Position numbers and translations under genes: made by a program. DNA of 64,000 nt from an uncultured Bacillales bacterium (GTDB taxonomy: Bacteria > Bacillota_I > Bacilli_A > RFN20 > CAG-288): positions 155,331 to 219,330 of the forward strand of contig CAJMBK010000001.1 of the NCBI GenBank assembly GCA_905211645.1, read 5' to 3'. The notes under the pieces were generated by a model that was given only the letters and a program-made list of their open reading frames with translations, was not told the DNA's origin and ran no database searches. The stretch's first letter is position 1, and each line of letters starts with the position of its first letter. Positions 10,080 to 19,609 of this stretch are shown piece after piece.

Positions 10080-12234
10080 CTTCTTCTTTCTTTTGTGGCT
10101 TCAAGCTTTCAGTGTAATCACACTCTGGGAAGTTTGAGCAAGCGAGGAATGAGATACGACCTTTCTTAGTGTGTTTAACGATCATATGACCTTTACCACA
10201 CTTAGGACAAATTCTACCACCTTCTACTTGAGGTTTTTCATTGCCTTCGATGTATCTACATTTAGGGAAATTATCGCAAGCGACAAATTCACCTCTATTT
10301 GAATGTTTGACAACTAAACGACCGCCACATTTTGGACAGACTTTACCTTCAACATATTCTTTTTCTTTCTTTTCAATGTATTTACATTGTGGGAAGCCAG
10401 AACATGCGACAAACATACCGTATTTAGAATGTTTTTCAATTAAAGGTCTTCCACACATTGGGCAAAGTCTACCGACTTCTTTATCTTTAATCTTCTCCAT
10501 ATTTTGCAATGCATTTTCATACATTGGGAAGAATTCATCACAAAAGTCCTTCAAAAGTTTATTTCTTGAAGAGTCACCAGCAACAACATGATCCAAATCG
10601 GATTCCATGCTTGCTGTGTATGATGCAGAGATGAATTTAGGGAAGAATTCAGATAATTTTTCAACTGTTAAGATACCTTGTTCTGTTGGAGTTAAAGTAC
10701 CTTTTGAAACATCAGCGTATTTTCTATCTTCCAATGTTGCGATTGTAGAAGCATAAGTTGAAGGTCTTCCAATACCATTCTCTTCCATCAAACGGACAAT
10801 TCTACCTTCAGTATATCTAAGTGGTGGCTTAGTGAAATGTTGAGTAGGAATTGTCTTATCGAGTTCAATTTCTGAACCGATAGTTAAATTAGGTAATTCG
10901 CTATCCTTTTGATATGTTTCATAATCACCATAAACTTTGGAATAACCATCGAAAACGTTCTTGTAAGCTTTTGCTTCAAATAGATAACCGTTTCCTTCCA
11001 AGGTTAAAGTTGTGACATCATCTTCTTTATTTGACATCAAAGATGATAAGGCACGTGCATAAATCAACTTATATAATGCTAATTCATCTTTTGTTAAGAA
11101 AGGTTTCAAAACTTCAGGTGTTAGAGATAAATCTGTAGGTCTGATAGCTTCGTGACCATCTTGGATATTCTTACTAGATTTTTCTTTATGGATCTTACCT
11201 AAATATTTTTCACCGTAGTTATCTAAGATATATTGATTTGCTGATTCAACAAATTCTGGAGAAAGTCTTTCAGAGTCGGTACGCATGTAGGTAATTAAAC
11301 CTTTGAATGTGCCATCAATCTCCTTTCCTTCATAAAGATGTTGAGCAATTAAAGCAGTCTTCTTGGTTGAAAAATGATATTGAGAGAATGCTGCTTGTTG
11401 CATTGTTGATGTAGTAAAAGGCGATTTCGATTTACTTTTAACTCGCTTAGTTTCCAAATCTTTAACTTTGAATTCTTTAGGAAGAGCAGCAATGATTGAT
11501 TCCATTTCTGCTTGAGAACCAATCTTTTGCTTGTTTACGTCTTCTTCAGATTTGTTGGTAGTTTCAATTTCTCTATCAACAAATTTGATTTCCTTTTCAG
11601 AGTCCTTATATCCTTTTAATGTAGCAACAACTTTTTCATCGTTGAAGAGACCAGCAAGAGTCCAGTATTCTTCACTTTGGAAGGCTTGGATTTCTTTTTC
11701 TCTATCAACTAAGAATTTAAGTGTAACGGATTGAACTCTACCTGCGGAACGGGATTTAATCTTGGAGTGAAGCAATGTAGATAATTTGAAACCGATGATT
11801 CTGTCAATAATTCTTCTTGTTTCTTGGCTAGCAACAAGATTCATATCGATAGTTCTTGGATTCTCCATTGCTTTCAAGATTGCAGATTTGGTAACTTCAT
11901 GGAATTCAAGACGCTTAGTTGTATCAATAGGTAAACCTAAAACTTCAGCGATGTGCCATGAAATAGCCTCACCTTCTCTATCAGGGTCGGTTGCAAGAAT
12001 GACTTCGTCAGCATTTGCCATTGCTTTCTTAAGTTTCTTAACAACGTCTTTTTTATCAGCAGGAATTACATAATTAGCTTTAAAATTATTTTCAATATCG
12101 ACACCGAGACCACCTTTACCAGTTGTAGCTAAATCTCTAATATGACCAAGAGAAGCTTCAACTTGATAATCAGATCCTAATATTTGAGATATTGTATGAG
12201 TTTTTGTTGGAGACTCGACGATAATTAACTTCAT
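10066..12234 (-). CDS. topA: DNA topoisomerase I
   Basis: Toprim N-terminus (MKLIIVESPTK), active-site region, three C-terminal C4 zinc-ribbon repeats. Confidence 0.95.
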   Translation of the reverse strand: MKLIIVESPTKTHTISQILGSDYQVEASLGHIRDLATTGKGGLGVDIENNFKANYVIPADKKDVVKKLKKAMANADEVILATDPDREGEAISWHIAEVLGLPIDTTKRLEFHEVTKSAILKAMENPRTIDMNLVASQETRRIIDRIIGFKLSTLLHSKIKSRSAGRVQSVTLKFLVDREKEIQAFQSEEYWTLAGLFNDEKVVATLKGYKDSEKEIKFVDREIETTNKSEEDVNKQKIGSQAEMESIIAALPKEFKVKDLETKRVKSKSKSPFTTSTMQQAAFSQYHFSTKKTALIAQHLYEGKEIDGTFKGLITYMRTDSERLSPEFVESANQYILDNYGEKYLGKIHKEKSSKNIQDGHEAIRPTDLSLTPEVLKPFLTKDELALYKLIYARALSSLMSNKEDDVTTLTLEGNGYLFEAKAYKNVFDGYSKVYGDYETYQKDSELPNLTIGSEIELDKTIPTQHFTKPPLRYTEGRIVRLMEENGIGRPSTYASTIATLEDRKYADVSKGTLTPTEQGILTVEKLSEFFPKFISASYTASMESDLDHVVAGDSSRNKLLKDFCDEFFPMYENALQNMEKIKDKEVGRLCPMCGRPLIEKHSKYGMFVACSGFPQCKYIEKKEKEYVEGKVCPKCGGRLVVKHSNRGEFVACDNFPKCRYIEGNEKPQVEGGRICPKCGKGHMIVKHTKKGRISFLACSNFPECDYTESLKPQKKEEDEEN

Positions 12235-12342
12235 AATATTAATACCTCTTTTCGCATTGATTATTATTGATAATCGGTGTCAAATGTCAAGCAAAAATAA
12301 TTTCGCTTTTCCTTTATTCTATATTATATAGAATAAGAAAAT

Positions 12343-13167
12343 TTACTCGATTTCGGCTAGATATTCCTTTTTATCAAATTTCTTTGGAAGTAAGTTTTTG
12401 ATGTCTTTTGCAGAGTTGATTAGATAGGCTCCGTCTTTAATTGCGTTGTTAGTTAATTGGAAATCATCCACTCTTTGAGGAAGGCAACAGATTGTTTTAC
12501 CCATCTGCAATGCATAGCGTAAAGTGATACTTGTTCCAGACTTATCCTTTGCTTCTGGGATGAAAATTAAGTCAGCCATAGCAGCGATAATTCTATTTCG
12601 TGGTGGGAAATGTTCTGCTAATGGTTCAACCATGCAAGGATATTCGGAAACAACTAAACCTTTTCCAGATGAGCAGTACTCATAAATATCTTTAGAATTA
12701 TTAGGATAATAACGATCGATTCCATTTCCCATAACTGCAATTGTAGGTTTATTGTATTTCATTGCGAGTCTGTGAGCGATTGAGTCAATACCATAAGCCA
12801 TACCGGAAACAATGACGATATTATCAATTGTTTTAATAAGCTCCTCTAAAAAATCCTCAGTGTACTTTGTTGAGTAGTGATTTGGATTTCGAGTACCTAC
12901 AACTGAGACTCTTATATATTTATCAGATAATAGGTCTTTATTTCCGTAATAGAAAAGCGCAATAGGAGGTTGAGGAGTCTCCCTGAAGTAATCTGGATAC
13001 TCTCTTTCTCCAATTACAATGCACGGTGTTTTGCACTGGATGTTGCATTCATTGAGCTCCTCATCAGTGAATCTTTTCTTTTCCTTAATAATAGCGAACT
13101 CGGTATTCCAGTCCCCTTTTCCGTAGTAAGCTACATTTCTTAATAATGTTTGTCTATCAATAACCAT
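12343..13167 (-). CDS. dprA: DNA-processing protein DprA (Smf), short form
   Basis: Rossmann-like DprA core. Conserved topA-dprA-rnhB-rbgA neighbourhood. Confidence 0.8.
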   Translation of the reverse strand: MVIDRQTLLRNVAYYGKGDWNTEFAIIKEKKRFTDEELNECNIQCKTPCIVIGEREYPDYFRETPQPPIALFYYGNKDLLSDKYIRVSVVGTRNPNHYSTKYTEDFLEELIKTIDNIVIVSGMAYGIDSIAHRLAMKYNKPTIAVMGNGIDRYYPNNSKDIYEYCSSGKGLVVSEYPCMVEPLAEHFPPRNRIIAAMADLIFIPEAKDKSGTSITLRYALQMGKTICCLPQRVDDFQLTNNAIKDGAYLINSAKDIKNLLPKKFDKKEYLAEIE

Positions 13168-13220
13168 AAATTATTTCTCCTTTCACCCTATATATCGCAT
13201 GAGAGAAGAAAAAATTTAAA

Positions 13221-13892
13221 TTAAATTTCAAAAATATTAAATTTTTTTACCGGAGTGAAAGTTTTTCTATGTTCACCTTCGATAATTCCATATTCTTCGA
13301 TGGCTTCAAGATGCTTTTTAGTTCCATATCCTTTATTATTCTTGAAATCGTATTGAGGATATTTCTTATCAAGTTCAATCATGTATCTATCCCTTGAAAC
13401 TTTGGCTAGTATTGATGCGCATGCAACAGAAAAACTTGTTGCGTCACCTTTTGGAATAGAAATAAGTTCGACATCCCCAGTATTTATTTTCATGTAATCG
13501 GTGATTGCAGTTTTAATTTGATGTTTACTTAATAATTCGTTGAATGCAATTTGCATTCCTTTTCTACTTGATTCAAGGATGTTGATTTCGTCAATTTCAT
13601 CAGCAGAAATCTTTATTATTTTATAATCAATAGCATTTTCTATAATTAGATTGAATAGATAGTCTCTTTCTGCTTCAGTTAATTTTTTACTGTCATTAAT
13701 TAATCCGTTATGAAAATCTGGTTTCATGATTACTCCAGCACAAAATACTGGGCCACAAAGTGGACCTCGACCTGCTTCATCAGCCCCAAAGATTAAATCA
13801 TTTTTATCATCACGAAAACTGTCATCAAACTCGTTGAGTTTGGTGGCAACATTCATAGCTGATTTTATCTTTTCTTCAAGGTGTTTAGTCAT
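13221..13892 (-). CDS. rnhB: Ribonuclease HII
   Basis: Active-site motif GADEAGRGPLCGPV. Confidence 0.9.
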   Translation of the reverse strand: MTKHLEEKIKSAMNVATKLNEFDDSFRDDKNDLIFGADEAGRGPLCGPVFCAGVIMKPDFHNGLINDSKKLTEAERDYLFNLIIENAIDYKIIKISADEIDEINILESSRKGMQIAFNELLSKHQIKTAITDYMKINTGDVELISIPKGDATSFSVACASILAKVSRDRYMIELDKKYPQYDFKNNKGYGTKKHLEAIEEYGIIEGEHRKTFTPVKKFNIFEI

Positions 13893-14754
13893 CGAGATAG
13901 ATTGGTCCTAACAAACCGTTTTGGAAATCTTTGTAGATCATCATCTTGACTCTATCATAGTCGATAATATTACCTTTAGTTAAAATATTTCTTGAAGTTC
14001 CAACTTTTTCAAGTAATTCTAAAGTTGTTTCAAAATCACCGATATTATACTTTGATTTTGTAGCTTCATAATGGTTGTTTTTAATGATTTCAAATAAGTA
14101 ATCAAAGAGTTCATCAAAAGGTAAAACATCGAGTTTAACTGAGCCTAATAAGGCTAAGTTCATGATGACTTTTTTATCTTTATAATTAGGTTCCAAAATT
14201 CCAGGAGTATCGAAAACTTCTACACGTTTTGTGACTTTAAAAAGTGTTGTGGTTCTTGTTTTACCTGGTTTATTTTCAACTTGGGCTCTCTTCTTTTTGA
14301 AAAGATTATTAATCAATGTTGATTTACCAACATTTGGAATACCAACGATTGCAAAAGCAGCTGGTGGTAGTGGAAAATTATGCTTTAAGTATTTCTCATC
14401 TTGAGGGAATCTCAAAGTTTCCAAGTAGTCTAAAAGGACTTGGCTTGAATTATTTTTATTTAAATCTAATGCCAAATATTTAACGTTTTCCTTGGTGTTT
14501 TCTTGGATAAATTTATTAACTTTATTTTTATCAGCTAAATCAATCTTAGAAAGAATGTAGATAATTCTGGAAACATTGCTCTTTTGGAAGATGGAATGTA
14601 AACCTTCAGGAAATGATGATTCTGGACTTCTTGCGTCCAAAATAACGATGATTCCTTGGCAGGTTTTAACGATATTTTCCATCTGGTTAAGAGCTTTTTT
14701 CATATGACCAGGGAAGTACTGAAAGTTTTTAATGTTGTTATTTTTATTTTCCAT
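13885..14754 (-). CDS. rbgA: Ribosome biogenesis GTPase A (YlqF/RbgA)
   Basis: Circularly permuted GTPase. FPGHMKKA near the N-terminus. G1 GIPNVGKSTLIN. Confidence 0.85.
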   Translation of the reverse strand: MENKNNNIKNFQYFPGHMKKALNQMENIVKTCQGIIVILDARSPESSFPEGLHSIFQKSNVSRIIYILSKIDLADKNKVNKFIQENTKENVKYLALDLNKNNSSQVLLDYLETLRFPQDEKYLKHNFPLPPAAFAIVGIPNVGKSTLINNLFKKKRAQVENKPGKTRTTTLFKVTKRVEVFDTPGILEPNYKDKKVIMNLALLGSVKLDVLPFDELFDYLFEIIKNNHYEATKSKYNIGDFETTLELLEKVGTSRNILTKGNIIDYDRVKMMIYKDFQNGLLGPIYLDD

Positions 14755-14756
14755 TT

Positions 14757-16937
14757 TTAGTCCTCAGAATATACAATTTGGAAATATGGGTCGTAGTCAT
14801 GACGTGATTCTTCATGCTTGTCAGGATTTGTTTGAAGTAAGACAAGAGCAGAGCTATTAATCTTTCTTGGTGTAGCAACTTTATCGAATTTAACGTAGCA
14901 GAAATTACCATCTGTAGATAGAACTTTACCTTGACCAAGAAGTCTTGAAAGAACGATGTCTCCTTCTTGGAACAAATTTAATGCCATCGTTTTATCACCA
15001 ATTTTTACAATAGGTGCTGAAACTTGTGGATATGTGACAATTTTATCGAAAACTTCTGAAATAAATGGTGAAGCATCATTGCAGGTGTGGTTATTCGCAT
15101 CATGGTATGAAGAATAATAGAAAGATAAAGTATCTTGTGCTCTTGTGATGGTGACAAAAGCTAATCTTCTTTCTTCCTCTTGTGCTTCATCGGTTACTGC
15201 GTGAACGGATGGGAATAATTTATTGTTAAATTCATAAACAATAACGTGTCTGTATTCCAAACCTTTTGATGAGTGCGAAGTGATGAGTTTGACAGATTCC
15301 TTTTTCTCATCGATGTAGAAATCGTGGATAATTGCGATGGAATTTAAGAAAGTTTGCAAATCTTTAACTTCTTCAGCATGTTCTTTTTCCTGTTGAGTGA
15401 CAGAAGATAATAAGAAATAGTAGTTAGTTAATCTTTCTTCGTTGTTGATATCTCTTAAATCTGCTTCGTAACCTGATTCTTTAAAAGCCATATTCAAAAG
15501 TTCACTAACCTTCTTTGTTGGTATGGAAAGTTTGATCTTTTTGATAAGTTCGATAAAGACCTGTATGGTAATTGAACGGAATTGTCTATCATTTCTTAAT
15601 GAATCAAGAGCTTGAAATTCGGAAATATTGTACTTTTTAGCGTATTCACTAAGCATTTCCATACGTTTTTCACCGATTCCAAGGGAACGGTTTGAAAAAA
15701 TGTATTTTAAAGCGATGTTATCATCGTAAAGAGCAACTCTTAAATAGGATAAAACCAATTTAATTTCGACTCTATCGTAGAATGAAGTTCCTTTAACAAC
15801 TTTGTAAGGAATTCCCCACTTAACTAAACTTGGCTCAATCTGTTGAGAAAGTTTGTTGGAGCGATATAAAATAGCAACGTCGTTGTAATTCTTCTTTTCG
15901 TCAACGTAGGATTTAATTTCTTCAACAATCTTTTTATTTTCTTCTTCGATATCTTTACAGATAAAAAGTTTAACTGGTGTACCAAGAGTACCACGTTTAG
16001 ATTTTAAATTCTTCTTGATTCTGTTTGAGTTATTCTTAATAAGTTTATTTGCAACATCGATAATTTCTTTTCCTGAACGGTAGTTGACATTAAGTGTCAT
16101 CGTCTGTAAATCTTTAACGTTATTTTCAAGGTGAACTAAGAGATTTACATTGCTTCCGTTGAAGGAGTAGATTGCTTGATCAGGGTCACCAACAACGAAT
16201 AAGTTGTTGTAATATTCACTCAAACATTTGATGATTGTGAATTGAGTGTCAGTGACATCCTGGAATTCATCAACCATGATGTATGTATAAAGCTTCGCAG
16301 TTTCATTTCTAACTTTAGAGTTAGTTTCCAAGATAAAAATCGTGAAAAGAATTAAATCATCAAAAGTTAAGCATTGATTTTCCCTTTGATAATCTAAAAG
16401 AATTTGAATGTATCTTTCAGGAAAATCGATATATGTTGGTTTATTTTTAGCAGTGATGTATGTGATGTAATCACTTCTATTATTTTTCTTAAAACTAGAT
16501 ATTTTTTTCATCATCTCTGCTAAGGAGATGTTTCTTGCTTGGTCATTATTAAGTGATCTTCTAATTTTTCTTAATAATGAATGATAGTCATTTTCATCAA
16601 CGATTGAAAATCCTGGATTGAATCTTAAAGTGAAAATATTATTTTTTAAAAACTTTGCACAGAAAGAGTGAATGGTGCAGATATTTGGGAAGGTATCGTT
16701 GGTATTTAAAAGATAACGAACACGTTTAGCCATTTCTTGAGCGGCTTTATTTGTGTAAGTGATACATAAAATATCCTTTGGATCGATACCACCAAAGTTG
16801 ACAAGATATGCAAAACGGTATGTTAAAGTTCTAGTTTTACCAGTTCCAGCACCGGCTAAAACCCTGATATTGCCTTCAGTTGTTTTGCAAATTTCTTGTT
16901 GCTCGGCATTTAAATCGTTTAAGAATGAATTTTCCAT
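14757..16937 (-). CDS. UvrD/Rep-family ATP-dependent DNA helicase (second UvrD-like paralog, distinct from pcrA)
   Basis: Walker A AGAGTGKTRTLTYR. UvrD helicase motifs throughout. About 120 aa C-terminal extension with no recognisable motif. Confidence 0.8.
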   Translation of the reverse strand: MENSFLNDLNAEQQEICKTTEGNIRVLAGAGTGKTRTLTYRFAYLVNFGGIDPKDILCITYTNKAAQEMAKRVRYLLNTNDTFPNICTIHSFCAKFLKNNIFTLRFNPGFSIVDENDYHSLLRKIRRSLNNDQARNISLAEMMKKISSFKKNNRSDYITYITAKNKPTYIDFPERYIQILLDYQRENQCLTFDDLILFTIFILETNSKVRNETAKLYTYIMVDEFQDVTDTQFTIIKCLSEYYNNLFVVGDPDQAIYSFNGSNVNLLVHLENNVKDLQTMTLNVNYRSGKEIIDVANKLIKNNSNRIKKNLKSKRGTLGTPVKLFICKDIEEENKKIVEEIKSYVDEKKNYNDVAILYRSNKLSQQIEPSLVKWGIPYKVVKGTSFYDRVEIKLVLSYLRVALYDDNIALKYIFSNRSLGIGEKRMEMLSEYAKKYNISEFQALDSLRNDRQFRSITIQVFIELIKKIKLSIPTKKVSELLNMAFKESGYEADLRDINNEERLTNYYFLLSSVTQQEKEHAEEVKDLQTFLNSIAIIHDFYIDEKKESVKLITSHSSKGLEYRHVIVYEFNNKLFPSVHAVTDEAQEEERRLAFVTITRAQDTLSFYYSSYHDANNHTCNDASPFISEVFDKIVTYPQVSAPIVKIGDKTMALNLFQEGDIVLSRLLGQGKVLSTDGNFCYVKFDKVATPRKINSSALVLLQTNPDKHEESRHDYDPYFQIVYSED

Positions 16938-17036
16938 AGCCTTATTATTTTACTATTTTTGGTGGAGATAAATGAGAGGAAAAAGAAGGTAGAAAAGATG
17001 AGATTTATTAACTAAATTATATTTTTACAAAAGAAA

Positions 17037-17062
17037 AAGTGCCTTTCTATCGGCACTTAAAT
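17037..17062 (-). terminator. Intrinsic terminator (minus strand) closing copy 1 of the repeated DUF4926 module
   Basis: Hairpin AGTGCC...GGCACT followed on the minus strand by TTTTTCTTTT. Confidence 0.45.
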
Positions 17063-17070
17063 GTCTATTA

Positions 17071-17290
17071 TAATGCCTACATACTTCGCTTTTGATACAT
17101 TGCACACCCTTACAACGGCAAGCAACGGCGCAAATTTAATGTAGCCAAATTATGGATTATTATGCCTAATAAGTTCTATCTCATTTAACTCATATGTAAC
17201 TACATCGATTGGATAATGTTTTGGCTAGGCTGACCACTACTATAAAAAACAATACATACGCTGTGTGGCGATTGAATAGCCTTCGTTCTC
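17071..17290. repeat. Repeat A copy 1 (about 220 bp, roughly 85-90% identical to 19052-19270)
   Basis: Direct alignment read from the sequence (TAATGCCTACATACTTCGCTTTTGATACAT...CTTCGTTCT). Contains decayed 3' coding remnants of a DUF4926-like gene. Confidence 0.8.
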
Positions 17291-17329
17291 AACTAGCGTT
17301 TTCACTAAATCATATTCTTCAAAATGCAT
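17150..17329 (-). pseudogene. Decayed DUF4926-like gene (copy 1): intact RBS + ATG, then frameshift/premature stop
   Basis: Minus-strand translation from ATG 17329 gives MHFEEYDLVKTLVENEGYS...*. This resembles the N-termini of the intact paralogs (MKIQERDIVRTLVNKEGF / MEKLKEFDSVITLVNKNNI). A further out-of-frame piece YPIDVVTYELNEIELIRHNNP* resembles the C-terminus YPVDVVTYKFDELEVIERTNE. Confidence 0.5.
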
Positions 17330-17344
17330 ATTTTATCTCCTTTT

Positions 17345-17514
17345 ATTTTAAATAATTTGTTATTAATCTTGGAATTGTTTTACCTTTATCAATTTGATAA
17401 ACAACGACAACTTTTAAAAAAAATAATCTATTTATCTATCACTAAAAACAAATAATGTTTGAACATCCCTAGATAAGTTCTAAGGATGTATCAAACATGT
17501 TGTTCTCATATGGC
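17345..17514. repeat. Repeat B copy 1 (about 170 bp, roughly 85% identical to 19827-19988, the region immediately 3' of tRNA-Ser)
   Basis: Alignment ...CTTGGAATTGTTTT..TTTGATAAACAACGACAACTTTTAAAAA...GTATCAAACATGTTGTTCTCATATGGC. Both copies end in the same TGGC, which in copy 2 is the tRNA CCA end. Confidence 0.8.
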
Positions 17515-17553
17515 AATAAATACCAATTGTGATGCACTTGCGCCCCCCACTAC

Positions 17554-18609
17554 TTACCATGTTTTTATTAAATCATACAAATAAGAATTTTTATAAATTA
17601 TTTCTTTGCCAACTTTTTCCTCAATTAAAATTCCAATTTTAGATAATGAATGTAAATACTTTGATGCCGTATTTCTACTAATATTAAGGTTATTTCTTAA
17701 ATACTCATTTTTTGTATAAAAATCATAAAACAAATAATCAATTAATTCTTGTGAATAAATTTTTGGTAGTTTTTCTATAACAATATTCTTTGCATTGTTT
17801 ATACAGTTAAGCATCTTATTAATAAAATTAATTGTGTATTGACTCATTTCATTTACTGCTTTTAGCATGTAAATAATATATTTTTTATAATTGCTTAAGT
17901 CTTTTTGCATCATATTTAAAAGATCATAATATTCCTTTTTATGTGCATTAATATATTTACTTAGATATAAGATTGGTATGTTTATTTTATGTTCCAAAAC
18001 TAAATACAAAATGTTTAATATTCTACCTACTCTTCCATTACCATCATGAAATGGATGGATTGATTCAAATTGAAAATGAATCAATCCCATTTTAATTAAA
18101 GGATCAGCATTTTCTAATTCAGGATAATTAATATATTTTTCTAAATTGGATAAATATTCCCTTATTTTTGATTCATTTTGTGGTGGAGTATGTAATATCT
18201 CATTAGTTTTTGTATTTAATATAACTGTGCCAGGAATTTTTCTAATGTCTCCAACACTAGGTTCAATTATTCTATGTATTTCAACTAACATATTTGTTGA
18301 GATGAATCCATTATCATTTAATAGTTTAAATCCATGTAAAATAGCTTGCCTATAATTAACTACTTCTTTTGATGAGGCATCTTTTGTTTTTAAAGTTATT
18401 TCTTTAAAAATACGGTCGTAAGTCGTAACTATATTTTCAATCTCACTAGATTCTTTAGCTTCACCTAAAATGACAGCATTTAAAATAATATTTGGGTTTG
18501 GCAAAGCTTTTACTAATCCATTAAGCTCACCAATTTTATTATTAGCATTAGATAAAGCTTTTAAGATATCGATATCATCTAGATTTAAATCAAATGGTAA
18601 TTTGTGCAT
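17554..18609 (-). CDS. Fic-family protein (Fido domain, probable AMP-transferase) with an N-terminal inhibitory motif
   Basis: Canonical Fic motif HPFHDGNGRVGRIL. Upstream SxxxEN-type inhibitory helix motif (SSEIEN) in the same polypeptide, i.e. class II arrangement. Very AT-rich codon usage. Confidence 0.9.
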   Translation of the reverse strand: MHKLPFDLNLDDIDILKALSNANNKIGELNGLVKALPNPNIILNAVILGEAKESSEIENIVTTYDRIFKEITLKTKDASSKEVVNYRQAILHGFKLLNDNGFISTNMLVEIHRIIEPSVGDIRKIPGTVILNTKTNEILHTPPQNESKIREYLSNLEKYINYPELENADPLIKMGLIHFQFESIHPFHDGNGRVGRILNILYLVLEHKINIPILYLSKYINAHKKEYYDLLNMMQKDLSNYKKYIIYMLKAVNEMSQYTINFINKMLNCINNAKNIVIEKLPKIYSQELIDYLFYDFYTKNEYLRNNLNISRNTASKYLHSLSKIGILIEEKVGKEIIYKNSYLYDLIKTW

Positions 18610-18775
18610 ATTATAGCCTCGTGCTTAAATTTTATCATTTTTTGTGCACATTATCAATTCGTGCTTAAATAAGATAAAAAATAAGTAGTTTCAAGAATTA
18701 GTATTGATAATATAGTAAAAAATAAATGTATTAAAATTAAAAACTATAATCTTAATAGAGGAAAATATATAAAAA

Positions 18776-18865
18776 ATCATAATATTCTTTTTAATTTGCA
18801 TTAATATGTTTGCTTAGATATAAGATTGGTATGTTTATTTTATGTTCCAAAACTATATACAAAAA
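18776..18865 (-). pseudogene. About 90 bp fragment of a Fic gene (roughly 90% identical to 17923-18010, inside the intact Fic CDS) in the intergenic AT-rich region
   Basis: Direct sequence alignment. The minus-strand translation ILYLSKHINAN* matches Fic ILYLSKYINAHKKEYYD and then stops. Confidence 0.6.
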
Positions 18866-18994
18866 TTTAAAAAGTGTTACAATCTTAGAATTTTTTGAAA
18901 TTCTAACACTTTTTATTATTTATTATGTTTAGTTATTATTTATAAAAGTTTTCGCACAGTAAATTTCATCATAATAAGAATATTTAAATAATAA

Positions 18995-19047
18995 TCACCA
19001 TTTTGCTATAAAAAAAGATTGATACCTAATTGTGTCAATCTTTGGTT
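18995..19047 (-). terminator. Intrinsic terminator (minus strand) closing copy 2 of the DUF4926 module
   Basis: Hairpin AAGATTGACACA..GGTATCAATCTT followed by TTTTTTT on the minus strand. Confidence 0.5.
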
Positions 19048-19051
19048 ACTC

Positions 19052-19270
19052 TAATGCCTACATACTTCGCTTTTGATACATTTCACACACTTACAATGGC
19101 AAGCAACGGCGCAAATTTAATGTAGCCAAATTATGGATTATTATGTTTAATAAGTTCTATCTCATTTAACTTATATGAAAGTACATTAATTGGATAATGT
19201 TTTGGCTCGACTAAACCACTACTAAAAAAATACATACCCTGTGTGACGATTGGATAGTCTTCGTTCTGAA
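19052..19270. repeat. Repeat A copy 2
   Basis: See repeat A copy 1. Confidence 0.8.
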
Positions 19271-19274
19271 ACAT
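19130..19274 (-). pseudogene. Decayed DUF4926-like gene remnant (copy 2, third gene of the array)
   Basis: MFQNEDYPIVTQGMYFF* and the out-of-frame piece YPINVLSYKLNEIELIKHNNP* are both homologous to the remnant in copy 1 and to the intact paralogs. Confidence 0.45.
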
Positions 19275-19320
19275 TATTTTACAAAAACGTACTCTCTAAA
19301 ATTTTAGTAGTCGATAAACT

Positions 19321-19521
19321 TCATTCATTTGTTCGTTCGATAACTTCTAATTCATCAAATTTATAGGTAACAACATCAACTGGATAATTCGTTTCATCCC
19401 AAATTTCAACTTCGCAAACAGGAAAACCTGTATAAATCGAAACTACAACGCCTTCGCTTCCTTTCGCAAATCCTTCTTTATTTACTAATGTTCTTACAAT
19501 GTCTCTTTCTTGAATCTTCAT
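19321..19521 (-). CDS. Small DUF4926-like protein (66 aa)
   Basis: MKIQERDIVRTLVNKEGFAKGSEGVVVSIYTG...EVEIWDETNYPVDVVTYKFDELEVI matches my memory of the DUF4926 pattern (D-V-V-x-L-x-x-d-l-P-e-x-G-L-k-x-G-x-x-G-T-V-V, then Y-E-V-E-F). Paralog of 19610-19810. Confidence 0.5.
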   Translation of the reverse strand: MKIQERDIVRTLVNKEGFAKGSEGVVVSIYTGFPVCEVEIWDETNYPVDVVTYKFDELEVIERTNE

Positions 19522-19609
19522 CTTATTAATTTTTCTTATTAGTATAGTTAAATATCAATATAGGTGTATTTATACTTAGTGCTTTCTTCATTTATCTCCA
19601 CTTTTGCGA

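Noticed and set aside
10241-10591. 116-aa ORF on the plus strand with internal repeats
   Set aside because: It lies antisense to the three tandem C4 zinc-ribbon repeats at the topA C-terminus. Its repetitiveness mirrors those repeats, so it is a spurious shadow ORF.
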